Of a stretch of 64,000 bases of DNA, positions 9,125-18,486 are shown in pieces. Each line of letters opens with the position of its first letter. Position 1 is the first letter of the stretch. Below the pieces are notes generated by a model. The model made no database searches and was not told where the DNA came from. It saw nothing but the letters and a program-made list of their open reading frames with translations. A program made the translations under genes and the position numbers. This DNA comes from an uncultured Ignavibacteriales bacterium (lineage in GTDB: Bacteria; Zixibacteria; MSB-5A5; GN15; JAAZOE01). The stretch covers positions 385-64,384 of the forward strand of contig CAZGAV010000012.1 in the NCBI GenBank assembly GCA_964523575.1. Reading direction: 5' to 3'.

Positions 9125-10285
9125 ATGCAGACCAGAAAATTAGCCATACTTGGTTCCACCGGCTCCATCGGACAATCGGCTCTTGAGGTCGTGGTTGCCC
9201 ATCCGGGATCTTTTGAGGTCGTCGCCCTGTCGGCCGGCCGTAATATCGATCTTCTTGCGGATCAGATAAGGCGTTTCCGGCCTCGCCTGGCCGTTGTCTA
9301 TTCGGAAAAGGAAGCTGAGGCGCTGGCCGAGCTCAATCCCCTGCCGGGGCTGAAAATAAGTCATGGTCAGGAAGGCCTGAAAGAAGCTTCCACTCTTCCC
9401 GATGTCGATATAGTCCTGAATGGTCTGGTTGGCGCCGCCGGGTTGAAGGCCTCGCTGGAAACCGTCCGGGTCGGAAAAAGTCTGGCCCTGGCCAACAAGG
9501 AATCGCTGGTCGTCGGTGGACCGCTGTTCGAACCGATCCTGACCAAGTCGGGAGCTAAAATTCTTCCGGTCGATTCGGAGCATTCGGCCATCTGGCAATG
9601 CCTGAACGCCGGCAAGTCAGCCGAGGTGAGGCGGATTCTTCTTACGGCTTCCGGGGGACCCTTCCGGGACCGGGACAAATGCACATTCAAAGACATAACT
9701 CTCGAACAGGCGCTGGCCCATCCGACCTGGAAAATGGGTCCCAAGATCACTATCGATTCGGCCACTATGATGAACAAGGGGTTGGAATTGATCGAAGCCG
9801 TCTGGCTTTTCTCACTGCCGCCCGAACAGATTAAAATCGTCATTCACCCGCAGTCGATTGTCCATTCGATGGTCGAATATGTTGACAGCTCGATCATTGC
9901 CCAATTGTCCAATCCCGACATGAAACTCCCTATCGCCTACGCCCTTTTCTGGCCTGAACGTCTGCCGTCGGATAATGGAAAAATCGACCTGGCGGCGGTG
10001 GGGCAGTTGAATTTCTTCGAACCGGACGAGGAGAAATTCCCGGCTCTTCGTCTGGCCCGGCAGGCGGCCGCGATGGGCGGGACGGCTCCGGCGGCCCTCA
10101 ATGCCGCCAACGAAATCGCCGTCGAGAACTTCTTGAACGGTCGGATCGGCTTCGATCGGATAACGGAACTTATCGAAAATATTTTAGTTAAACATGATGT
10201 AATAACGGAGCCGAGTCTGGACGATATCTTGAATTGTGACCGGGAAACCAGACGACAGACGCTTGAATTGATTGAAAGGGAATAG
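9125..10285 (+). CDS. dxr: 1-deoxy-D-xylulose 5-phosphate reductoisomerase
   Basis: LGSTGSIG, LANKESLV, PVDSEHSA, LTASGGPF, HPTWKMGPKITIDSATMMNKGLE. Confidence 0.97.
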   Translation: MQTRKLAILGSTGSIGQSALEVVVAHPGSFEVVALSAGRNIDLLADQIRRFRPRLAVVYSEKEAEALAELNPLPGLKISHGQEGLKEASTLPDVDIVLNGLVGAAGLKASLETVRVGKSLALANKESLVVGGPLFEPILTKSGAKILPVDSEHSAIWQCLNAGKSAEVRRILLTASGGPFRDRDKCTFKDITLEQALAHPTWKMGPKITIDSATMMNKGLELIEAVWLFSLPPEQIKIVIHPQSIVHSMVEYVDSSIIAQLSNPDMKLPIAYALFWPERLPSDNGKIDLAAVGQLNFFEPDEEKFPALRLARQAAAMGGTAPAALNAANEIAVENFLNGRIGFDRITELIENILVKHDVITEPSLDDILNCDRETRRQTLELIERE

Positions 10286-11347
10286 ATGATCACAATCCTA
10301 TCCACTATTTTTGTACTCGGCGTTTTGATATTCATCCATGAACTGGGCCATTTTCTGGTGGCCAAATGGTCGGGCATCAGGGTTGATCGCTTTTCGCTCG
10401 GTTTCCCTCCTTCCATTTTAAAAAAGAAAGCCGGCGAGACCGAATATTGTATCGGTGTCATCCCCTTGGGCGGCTATGTCAAGATGGCCGGGGAAAATCC
10501 CGACGAGGAATCGACCGGGGCGCCTTATGAATTCATGTCCAAACCGGTTATCGTGCGCACGGCCGTGGTCATCGCGGGACCATTCATGAATTTCGTTCTG
10601 GCCTGGCTGATTCTCTGGGGATTGTTTTTCATTCAGGGTGAAGCTGTCACCGACCCCAATCATGTCGTCATCGGCGCAGTTTCGCCCGACGGCCCGGCCG
10701 CCAAAGCCGGAATCACCGACGGCGATATCATAACCTCGATCAACGGCACGCCGGTCAAGACTTTCTCCGATATGGCTGTTTTGATATCGGAAGAGGTCGA
10801 AAAACCTATCACTATCGCCTGGGATAGAGACGGCCGGGAAATGTCGGCGAACGTGACGACCGAATCGGAAGAGACCTATAACGCTCAGGGTGATAAAATA
10901 GCCGTGGGCCGGATCGGAGTCGGCGAAAAAGGAGTCTATCATCGTCTCGGTTTTTTCAATGCCGCCTATGAGGGTTTTTCGGAAACGGTGGTTTTCGTCC
11001 GGATGATCGGGGATTTTGTCTGGAACCTGATATCTCTCAAAGTTTCGCCCAAGATGATCGGCGGCCCGGTTTTTATCGCTCAGATGACCGGGCAGAGGGC
11101 GCAATTGGGAATGTCGGCCCTGCTGGTCTTTATGGCTTTTCTGTCGGTCAACCTGGCGATTTTGAATGTCCTGCCGATTCCGGCCCTGGACGGCGGTCAT
11201 CTCGTTTTCCTGCTGATCGAAAAGGTCAAGGGTTCACCGTTGTCGATCAATCAGCGTATGATTGCCCAGCAGGTCGGGCTGGTGTTTTTGCTGATCGTAA
11301 TCGTGATGGTCACGTATAACGATATAGTGCGTTTTATTTCGGGGTAA
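10286..11347 (+). CDS. rseP: RIP metalloprotease RseP
   Basis: HELGH, AGPFMN, a PDZ domain, NVLPIPALDGG, and canonical position after dxr. Confidence 0.95.
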   Translation: MITILSTIFVLGVLIFIHELGHFLVAKWSGIRVDRFSLGFPPSILKKKAGETEYCIGVIPLGGYVKMAGENPDEESTGAPYEFMSKPVIVRTAVVIAGPFMNFVLAWLILWGLFFIQGEAVTDPNHVVIGAVSPDGPAAKAGITDGDIITSINGTPVKTFSDMAVLISEEVEKPITIAWDRDGREMSANVTTESEETYNAQGDKIAVGRIGVGEKGVYHRLGFFNAAYEGFSETVVFVRMIGDFVWNLISLKVSPKMIGGPVFIAQMTGQRAQLGMSALLVFMAFLSVNLAILNVLPIPALDGGHLVFLLIEKVKGSPLSINQRMIAQQVGLVFLLIVIVMVTYNDIVRFISG

Positions 11348-11374
11348 TGTTTCCGGTTGACACCGAGAGTCGAT

Positions 11375-12067
11375 ATGAAAAGAAAATTGTTCAGCGAAAC
11401 TAAAGACTACGCCAAGGCGCTGATTTTCGCCGTTTTTATTGCCTTTATCATCAAAACTTCGATCGTCGAGGCCTATGGAATTCCCTCCGGCTCCATGGAG
11501 GACACCCTCCTGATCGGCGATCTGGTAGTGTCCAATAAAATGCTCTACGGCGCCAAGATTCCCTTTATCGGCTATCGCCTCCCGGCGATACGCAAACCGC
11601 AACCGGGAGATATCATCACCTTTAAATGGCCGGGCGATGGCGTCACCGACTATGTCAAACGATGCGTGGCGGTTGAAGGCCAGACGGTCGAGGTGCGGTA
11701 CAAGGTTCTATATGTAGATGGAAAAGCGGTTTCGAATCCGGCCCATTCCAAATTCGTCGATCGACGGATCATGCCCCGGGGCCGTGATGTCCGCGACAAT
11801 TTCGGGCCGTTCGTGGTGCCGCCGGGAACGGTTTTCGCGATGGGCGACAACCGCGATCAGAGTTATGACTCCCGGTTCTGGGGTCCGGTGCCTCTGGAGA
11901 ATATCGAAGGGAAAGTGGAGTTTATCCAGTGGTCGATTGCGCCAGACGAGAAGGCGCCGCATATGGATCTGACCGATCTGGGAACCGTCCCTCTGACGGT
12001 CTGGCATAATGTGACCCATTTTATCGGCCGGATTCGCTGGGGGCGGACGGTGAGCGGTGTCGATTGA
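11375..12067 (+). CDS. lepB: Signal peptidase I (paralog 1)
   Basis: IPSGSMEDTL (catalytic Ser), YVKRCV (Lys), MGDNRDQSYDSRFWG. Start trimmed to ATG 11375. Confidence 0.92.
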   Translation: MKRKLFSETKDYAKALIFAVFIAFIIKTSIVEAYGIPSGSMEDTLLIGDLVVSNKMLYGAKIPFIGYRLPAIRKPQPGDIITFKWPGDGVTDYVKRCVAVEGQTVEVRYKVLYVDGKAVSNPAHSKFVDRRIMPRGRDVRDNFGPFVVPPGTVFAMGDNRDQSYDSRFWGPVPLENIEGKVEFIQWSIAPDEKAPHMDLTDLGTVPLTVWHNVTHFIGRIRWGRTVSGVD

Positions 12068-12156
12068 TAGAAATTTTACTTTTTCGCAGAGCCTCCGGGT
12101 GCTATATTATGCGCCTGAAACTTTTGGCTCAATCCCGATAATATAGCGGAGGACTC

Positions 12157-12849
12157 TTGGCCAGAAAAAGCTCATCCGGAATTTACGAATACGCCAAATC
12201 ACTCGGTATCGCGCTGATTTTGGCCTTTATTATCAAGACCTCGATCGTCGAAGCCTATAAAATCCCGTCGTCATCAATGGAAGACACCCTTTTGGTCGGC
12301 GATTTCCTCCTGGCCAATAAATTTATCTATGGGGCGCAAATTCCCTTTTTCGGCTGGCGTTTGCCGTCGATCAGGGAGCCCGAACAGGGCGATGTCGTCA
12401 TATTCCGGGTGCCGATTGACCGGAAAACCAATTATATCAAACGGTGTGTCGCGGTCGGGGGACAGGTCGTCGAAATCAAGGACAAGGAATTATATGTCGA
12501 CGGCAAACGTTTTCCAAATCCGCCCTTTTCCAAATTCACCGACCCCCGAATCCACCCCGCCGGCACCGATCCGCGGGACAATTTCGGCCCTTTTACCGTC
12601 CCCCGCGGACAAATTTTCTGCATGGGCGACAACCGTGACAACAGTTACGATTCCCGATTCTGGGGACCGGTGCCGCTGGATCTGCTTCAGGGCGAGGCAC
12701 TTGTCATCCACTGGTCGTGGGAGCCGGATCGCAATGCCCCGGAAATCAAGCTCGATGACCTGTCGAGCATCCCCCGGTCGGTTTTCTATAATGTCCTGCA
12801 CTTTTTTCAGCGGGTTCGCTGGAGTCGATTGGGCAATATCGTCCGCTGA
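12157..12849 (+). CDS. lepB: Signal peptidase I (paralog 2)
   Basis: IPSSSMEDTL, YIKRCV, MGDNRDNSYDSRFWG. TTG start after a ggagg SD. Confidence 0.92.
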   Translation: MARKSSSGIYEYAKSLGIALILAFIIKTSIVEAYKIPSSSMEDTLLVGDFLLANKFIYGAQIPFFGWRLPSIREPEQGDVVIFRVPIDRKTNYIKRCVAVGGQVVEIKDKELYVDGKRFPNPPFSKFTDPRIHPAGTDPRDNFGPFTVPRGQIFCMGDNRDNSYDSRFWGPVPLDLLQGEALVIHWSWEPDRNAPEIKLDDLSSIPRSVFYNVLHFFQRVRWSRLGNIVR

Positions 12850-12996
12850 GGCCCGCACCCGGGTCGCATGCGGCCGATCGCATCACATTGTCATCGCTGG
12901 CCGTCTCTAATTTTGTTTTATCCTTGACAACGATGTAAACTTTTTCGTTATGTTGTGCGTATCAACTGTAGTCAATGGAAATTTGGAGGCGTCATC

Positions 12997-13263
12997 GTGG
13001 GTAAGAAACCATCTGCCCAGAAAGTGGCCGAAAAACTGGCTGAGATCCAGAAGGTGCCAGTTTGTGAGGATTGTGAAGTCCTGCGCGGGGCCAATATATG
13101 CGCCATGAAACATTTCGGGACGACCAGGGCCGTCTTATTCGAAAAAAACCTGTCGGCGATTGTGACTACTCATGTCGATCTGGGCTGCAAAGCCTGTCCG
13201 GTTGACGACATTATGAAATTACTCCGTAAGGACCGCTTCTCCGCGGTAGCGGCCTTGTTTTAA
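12997..13263 (+). CDS. Small Cys/His-rich hypothetical protein, putative metal-binding
   Basis: GTG start after a ggagg SD. Contains CEDC, C..KH, H....CKAC. Confidence 0.6.
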   Translation: MGKKPSAQKVAEKLAEIQKVPVCEDCEVLRGANICAMKHFGTTRAVLFEKNLSAIVTTHVDLGCKACPVDDIMKLLRKDRFSAVAALF

Positions 13264-13385
13264 TTTTATTATTCAGACTTCTTTGACTTTCCCGATTCTC
13301 CTTTAAATCGAAAGCATGTATTGAGGCTCCGTAAATTAAGTGACGACCGGATTGGTGTGGCTACAATATTTTAAAAATATAATTG

Positions 13386-13414
13386 AAAAAGGCCGATCCG
13401 GAATCGGCCTTTTT
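13386..13414. terminator. Bidirectional terminator between convergent genes
   Basis: aaaaa-ggccgat-ccgga-atcggcc-ttttt. Confidence 0.8.
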
Positions 13415-13431
13415 CATGACATGACTTACGT

Positions 13432-15741
13432 TCATGGACAGCAGGGGGGCGGGCCGCCTTTGAAAACATAATTTATATCCCAGACGGCGTCGCCGATATT
13501 GATATCGTTGTCGGCGTTGGAGTCGGCGGCCTGGCGGGGGATTGGCGACGGACCGTAGTTGAAAGTATAGTTAATTATCATAACGGCATCCCCGATGTTA
13601 ATACCGCCGTCATGATTGGCGTCGCCGCAGTAATATTGAGGCTCGGCCGTAATATAGAGTGATAGCTCCCGGCTTGTCCCGCAAACGATATCGGCATCGC
13701 CGTCCATATATGTCGTGATACCGGCCCAGTCAACCCAGGGCAGGTTCCAGTATTGCTCGATGCGAATCATGCTTTCTTCGAAGGTGCCGTCGTCGTTGTA
13801 ACCGAAGCAGACTTCCACATTCCCTTCGTACGTGGCCGAGGTTTCGAAATAATAGTAGATGGGGGTAGACACCGGTAATTTCTGATAATACGGCAGGTCG
13901 GGGCCGCCGGACGACATTTCCAGTGAGGTCAGACCGCTTTGTGTAACATGATCGAAGGCGACCTGAATTCCGGGGGTGAAATCCAGCACCACATCATCGC
14001 CGACCGGAGTAGCCAATTCGAAACTGCAGGCGTCGCCGATACCGTCGCCGTCGTTATCGGTCTGGTCGGGGTTGTAAACCATCGGGCAGTTGTCCTCCGG
14101 GCAGGTATTGGCTGGAAATCCAGGGTTGCCGAAACCGTCCCCATCGATATCGGTGCAATCGTCGCAGGCATCGCCGATGCCGTCGCCGTCATTATCAAGC
14201 TGAAAGGGATCATAGGCCAGCGGGCAATCGTCTTCGGGGCAGATATTTTCGGGATAACCCGGATCGCCGTAACCGTCTTCATCGCCGTCAACACAGAGAC
14301 CGTTGAGAAATACATGAAAGTCGAATTCGGGCTGGTTTCGAATCCCGAAATCGAGGTCGCCGTCGTTATCCAAATCGGCGGTCAGTACATCATAGACCTT
14401 GACGTCCGACTCAATCATTCTTTGCCGATAGAACACGCCGTTGCCGTCATTGCGCAAAAGACCCAGAGTCATGTCGCCATATCGGCAGACCGCGCCAAGA
14501 TCGATGTCGCCGTCGCCATCCAGATCACCGTCGCAGATTGAGACCGCCATTTCATTCTGCAGGTAATCGCCGGACGCCGAAAAATCGCCGGAGCCATTAT
14601 TGATCATTATCCGTACACCATAGCTACCGGGGAATCGCACCGCAAAATCAGGAGCGGCGTCGCCGTTGAAATCGGCCGGCAAAATCTGATAAGGGGCATG
14701 GTCCATTGCGATGACATCGCCGTCGGTGAAGGCGCCGTCACCGTCGTTCAAAAACAGGGCGATATGCTCGGAAAAGTAAATCGCGTCCCCGACGGCCAGA
14801 TCGACATCGCCGTCATTGTCGATATCGGCGGCGGCCAGGGCCACCGGGTTACCCTCGATGTCGGCAATCTGGGTTTGCGAGAAAGATCTGTCTCCGTTGT
14901 TGGTTAAAAGGATCAAGATTTCGGAATATCCGACCATGACGGCAATATCGAGGTCACCATCGCCATCAAAATCGGCCGCCTCGAGATCTGCGGGATACCT
15001 TTCTATGGCGATAGACGAGGTCTCGACGGTTCCATCGCCGTTATTGAATAAAAAAGTGACGGCGTAGGGGTTGTCCTTGCATACGGCCAGGTCCGGATGT
15101 CCATTCCCATCGAAATCTCCGGCGACCATCGACTCAGGCCCATCGCTACAGGGGTATGAATCGCCAAGGCTGAAAACGCCATCGCCCCGATTGACCCCAA
15201 TGTGAATCGCATCCAAATTATAATCTGCGACAGCGATATCGAGGTCGTAATCCCCATCGAAATCCAGCATCACAGCGGAGCGGGCATAGATATTCAGGCT
15301 GAAATCATAGCTGGAGTCATACTGCAGGGCCCCGCATGAGGGGTTGTCCGTTTCGACCGTAAACGACCAAACTCGGGGCGCAACGAGAGGCACCCCCAGA
15401 TTCGACAACACGCCCGTGGTAATCGAAACCCACACCAGTTCACCGATATCGAATTCGGCATCGGGAGTGAAGGTGGCGGTTTTCGTGGGACCGTCATAAG
15501 CGATGGAACCGCTGTGCCGGCCGCTGAGAACGCCATTGACCGCAATCGTCAGGTCTGTCAGCGTAACCGCGTCCATGTCGGTATCGAAAGTTATCGAGAT
15601 GTCGGCATCGGTGGGGATCATCAACTCATTTGCGGCCGGTGAGGTGGAAACAATTTGCGGTGATTGTGCGGCTGAGAGCCCGGTCATGAGCCAGATCATA
15701 ACGAGCGCTGCAAGAAATATCCTTTTCTCGGGATAACACAT
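13432..15741 (-). CDS. Secreted protein with Ig-like (SbsA-type) domain, FG-GAP/VCBS propeller repeats, TSP3 Ca-binding repeats and C-terminal dockerin
   Basis: Signal peptide, repeated DFDGDGDLDIAV units, CP..YNPDQ.DNDGDGIGDAC units, and terminal CGDANHDGGINIGDAV..INY.F..GP.P ... ADSNAD.DINIGDAV..INY.FKGGPPP. Start ATG 15741 follows a ggaggg SD. Confidence 0.85.
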   Translation of the reverse strand: MCYPEKRIFLAALVMIWLMTGLSAAQSPQIVSTSPAANELMIPTDADISITFDTDMDAVTLTDLTIAVNGVLSGRHSGSIAYDGPTKTATFTPDAEFDIGELVWVSITTGVLSNLGVPLVAPRVWSFTVETDNPSCGALQYDSSYDFSLNIYARSAVMLDFDGDYDLDIAVADYNLDAIHIGVNRGDGVFSLGDSYPCSDGPESMVAGDFDGNGHPDLAVCKDNPYAVTFLFNNGDGTVETSSIAIERYPADLEAADFDGDGDLDIAVMVGYSEILILLTNNGDRSFSQTQIADIEGNPVALAAADIDNDGDVDLAVGDAIYFSEHIALFLNDGDGAFTDGDVIAMDHAPYQILPADFNGDAAPDFAVRFPGSYGVRIMINNGSGDFSASGDYLQNEMAVSICDGDLDGDGDIDLGAVCRYGDMTLGLLRNDGNGVFYRQRMIESDVKVYDVLTADLDNDGDLDFGIRNQPEFDFHVFLNGLCVDGDEDGYGDPGYPENICPEDDCPLAYDPFQLDNDGDGIGDACDDCTDIDGDGFGNPGFPANTCPEDNCPMVYNPDQTDNDGDGIGDACSFELATPVGDDVVLDFTPGIQVAFDHVTQSGLTSLEMSSGGPDLPYYQKLPVSTPIYYYFETSATYEGNVEVCFGYNDDGTFEESMIRIEQYWNLPWVDWAGITTYMDGDADIVCGTSRELSLYITAEPQYYCGDANHDGGINIGDAVMIINYTFNYGPSPIPRQAADSNADNDINIGDAVWDINYVFKGGPPPCCP

Positions 15742-15972
15742 AAAACCCTCCCATGGTTTTAGGTGGGCCGATGAATCAAAGGTACAGAGTCGTAGCGAAG
15801 ATGAGCGGTGGGGCTCTATTATTAATTTAGGTATAAGATTTATTTCTGTCAACTCTTTTCCACTCCCGTTGCATCCTCAGGTCGACCCCGATGGAGGGGG
15901 AGGAGATTTTGCTTGACTGTTCTCGCCGGACGGCCTTATTTGCCCCTAACCTGAATTGGGCTGTTTATCAGT

Positions 15973-16590
15973 ATGTACCGACTGGAAGCCAAAGACATAT
16001 ATCGGAATTTCGGTTCGCGACGGGTCCTGAGGGATATATCCTTTAGCCTCGCGACCGGCGATTCGCTGGCTATTATCGGCCGGAACGGATCGGGCAAAAC
16101 CACTTTGCTCCGTATTCTGGCCGGGTTGTCCATGCCCACGCGGGGGCAGGTCAATTTCATGGAAAACGACCGCCGGCTTGACCGGGGTGAAGCCAGGAGG
16201 CGGTTATCATATCTCGGTCCGGAATTGACCTTATATGATTCCCTGACGGCGGCCGAAAATCTGAAATTTTTTGCCACCATGCGCGGCCTTTCTCTCGACG
16301 CCGATCTCGTCGAAAAAATTCTCGGTATGGTCGGGCTCGGCGGCCGGGGAGAGGATTTTTATCGAGCTTACTCATCGGGCATGAAACAAAGATTGAAATA
16401 CGCCACGGCTTTGCTCAATGATCCGGCCTATTTACTACTGGATGAGCCGACCAGCAACCTCGATGATGAAGGCAAGAAAATCGTGTCTCAAATAATCGCC
16501 CGCCAGAAGGAAACCGGCATCCTGATTCTGGCAACCAATGAAAAAGAGGAATACGGTTTTGCCGAAAAACAGTATCGGCTTAACGACTAA
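15973..16590 (+). CDS. ccmA: Heme exporter ATP-binding subunit CcmA
   Basis: Walker A GRNGSGKTT, signature YSSGMKQR, LLDEPTSNLD. First gene of a ccm cluster. Confidence 0.88.
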   Translation: MYRLEAKDIYRNFGSRRVLRDISFSLATGDSLAIIGRNGSGKTTLLRILAGLSMPTRGQVNFMENDRRLDRGEARRRLSYLGPELTLYDSLTAAENLKFFATMRGLSLDADLVEKILGMVGLGGRGEDFYRAYSSGMKQRLKYATALLNDPAYLLLDEPTSNLDDEGKKIVSQIIARQKETGILILATNEKEEYGFAEKQYRLND

Positions 16591-17251
16591 AGCGCTGGCT
16601 GTCTGGCGCAAGGATTTGCTTTGCGAATTCCGGACGCGCTATGCCATCAATGCCATTCTGCTTTTCGGAGTGACGACTTTGATCGTTGTCTCCTTCTCGG
16701 TGGGTCAGAAAAATCTGCCACCCGAGGTTTACGCCGCCCTCTTCTGGATCATTATCTTCTTTTCAGCCATGTCGGGGTTGGCCCATGTTTTCGTTCGCGA
16801 AGAAGAGTCGAAGACGGCCACGGTGCTGCGTTTGACATCCGATCCGACGCCGGTTTATCTGGGGAAATTGGGCTATAATGTCGTTCTGCTGGCCCTGCTC
16901 CAGGTTATCATTGCGCCGCTTTTCCTGGTGTTGACCGATGCCGTTTGCAGCGAACCGGCTCTCTTCATCGTGATTATTGTCATCGGATCGATAGGTCTGG
17001 CCGGCGCCACGACGTTGATTGCGGCCATTATCGCCCGGGCCAGCGTCAAAGGTGCGCTTTTTGCCGTCCTTTCGTTCCCCATTTTGCTTCCCCTGTTGAT
17101 CGGCGTCATCAACGGCACTACCAAGGCTATGACTCCCAAAGGCGGTGGCTGGGCCGCCGCAACTTCCGATCTCCAACTATTGGTCAGTTACGCGGTCGTC
17201 ATGATCACCGCCAGCCTTTTGCTTTTCGAATATGTCTGGGAAGAAGAATAA
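16538..17251 (+). CDS. ccmB: Heme exporter permease CcmB (start uncertain)
   Basis: A..RKDL..EFR, a multi-TM body, and LFAVLSFPILLP. Confidence 0.88.
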   Translation: MKKRNTVLPKNSIGLTTKALAVWRKDLLCEFRTRYAINAILLFGVTTLIVVSFSVGQKNLPPEVYAALFWIIIFFSAMSGLAHVFVREEESKTATVLRLTSDPTPVYLGKLGYNVVLLALLQVIIAPLFLVLTDAVCSEPALFIVIIVIGSIGLAGATTLIAAIIARASVKGALFAVLSFPILLPLLIGVINGTTKAMTPKGGGWAAATSDLQLLVSYAVVMITASLLLFEYVWEEE

Positions 17252-17318
17252 AAAAGGGAACTTAAAGAAAAAGAGACTGTTTTAATCTTTCTATTAATAC
17301 AAACGCCGACAGTGGCGT

Positions 17319-17993
17319 ATGGAATATTGTGTTATGGTGTGGAAAGTCATTTTATTTTTGTTGATGTCGTGGGTTATCGTGGGTGCGTTCGTTTTCCCGG
17401 CGCCTCAGAAGATGATCGGCGAAGCCAGCCGTATTTTCTATTTTCACGTGCCCCAGGCCTGGGTGGCGGTTTTGGCTTTTGTCGTCTCCATGGTCGCCTC
17501 CATCCGCTATTTACGCAAAGGGGAGAGTCTTGACGACGACCGGGCCCGGGTCGCGGCCGTGCTGGGGTTGATATTCAGCCTTCTGGCCACCGTCAGCGGT
17601 TCTATTTTCGCCAAGATCACCTGGGGTTCATATTGGAACTGGGACCCGCGCGAGACATCGATACTGGTATTGCTTCTGATTTACGGGGCCTATTTCGCCC
17701 TGCGGTCGGCGGTCGAGGGCGAATCCCGAAAAGCCCGGCTGGCGGCTGTTTATGCCATTTTCGCTTTTATCACCGTGCCCTTTCTGGTCTTCGTCGTGCC
17801 GCGCGTTCTGCCCTCCCTGCACCCTTCTGACTCGGTCGTCAATTCTTCGGGGCAATTCACGATGGGCGGTTTTACGGCGGCGGTTTTCTTTTCGTCGCTG
17901 GCGGCCTTCACCGGCTTGTTTGTCTGGATTTACCGATTGACCATGAGGATCGTAACCGTCGAACGCAAGATTAATGAGGAGTCGCTCTCATGA
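17319..17993 (+). CDS. ccmC: Cytochrome c biogenesis heme chaperone-loading protein CcmC
   Basis: FYFHVP, the WWD-type motif WGSYWNWDPRET, and a conserved SLHP His. Confidence 0.92.
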   Translation: MEYCVMVWKVILFLLMSWVIVGAFVFPAPQKMIGEASRIFYFHVPQAWVAVLAFVVSMVASIRYLRKGESLDDDRARVAAVLGLIFSLLATVSGSIFAKITWGSYWNWDPRETSILVLLLIYGAYFALRSAVEGESRKARLAAVYAIFAFITVPFLVFVVPRVLPSLHPSDSVVNSSGQFTMGGFTAAVFFSSLAAFTGLFVWIYRLTMRIVTVERKINEESLS

Positions 17994-18100
17994 CCTCCAA
18001 TTATGCCGTGCTGGCCGTGACCCTGATAATCTGGGTTGGCATATTTCTGTACTTATTGTCATTGGACCGCCGGACCCGAAAAATCGAGGAAGAACATTGA
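17990..18100 (+). CDS. ccmD: CcmD-like single-TM microprotein (36 aa; not in the ORF track)
   Basis: MTSNYAVLAVTLIIWVGIFLYLLSLDRRTRKIEEEH*. It overlaps the ccmC stop (ATGA) and the ccmE start, and has a gagga SD. Confidence 0.8.
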   Translation: MTSNYAVLAVTLIIWVGIFLYLLSLDRRTRKIEEEH

Positions 18101-18483
18101 AAGCCAAATTCGTCATAGGAATAATCATCATCGGTGTTTTTGCCGTCTGGGGCATCACCTCCTTCATGTCCACTTCGATTAAATATGTGCCCCTGGCCGA
18201 CGTCGCCAATACCTCCGGCACGATTCAGGTCATGGGCAAAATCGATTTTGATTCCGTCCATTACGACACCGACCGGTCCCGGATGATCTTCGATGTGACC
18301 GATCTTGAGAACCAGTCCAGCGGTCGGCGTTTGAAAATTATTTACTCCGGGGTCGTTCCGGGGAATTTCGATCAGGCGACTTCGGTTGTCGCCCGGGGAC
18401 AATATCAGGACGGCGCTTTGCTGGCCGATCAACTACTCGTCAAATGCCCCTCCAAATATCAGGGGCGGGATGGAGAAACCTAA
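18097..18483 (+). CDS. ccmE: Heme chaperone CcmE, CxxxY variant
   Basis: N-terminal TM, an OB-fold with V.Y.G..P..F, and terminal LLVKCPSKY. TTG start at 18097. Confidence 0.88.
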   Translation: MKAKFVIGIIIIGVFAVWGITSFMSTSIKYVPLADVANTSGTIQVMGKIDFDSVHYDTDRSRMIFDVTDLENQSSGRRLKIIYSGVVPGNFDQATSVVARGQYQDGALLADQLLVKCPSKYQGRDGET

Positions 18484-18486
18484 TCC

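Noticed and set aside
11728-11742. tRNA T-loop-like ggtttcgaatccggc
   Set aside because: Lies inside lepB coding sequence with no cloverleaf.
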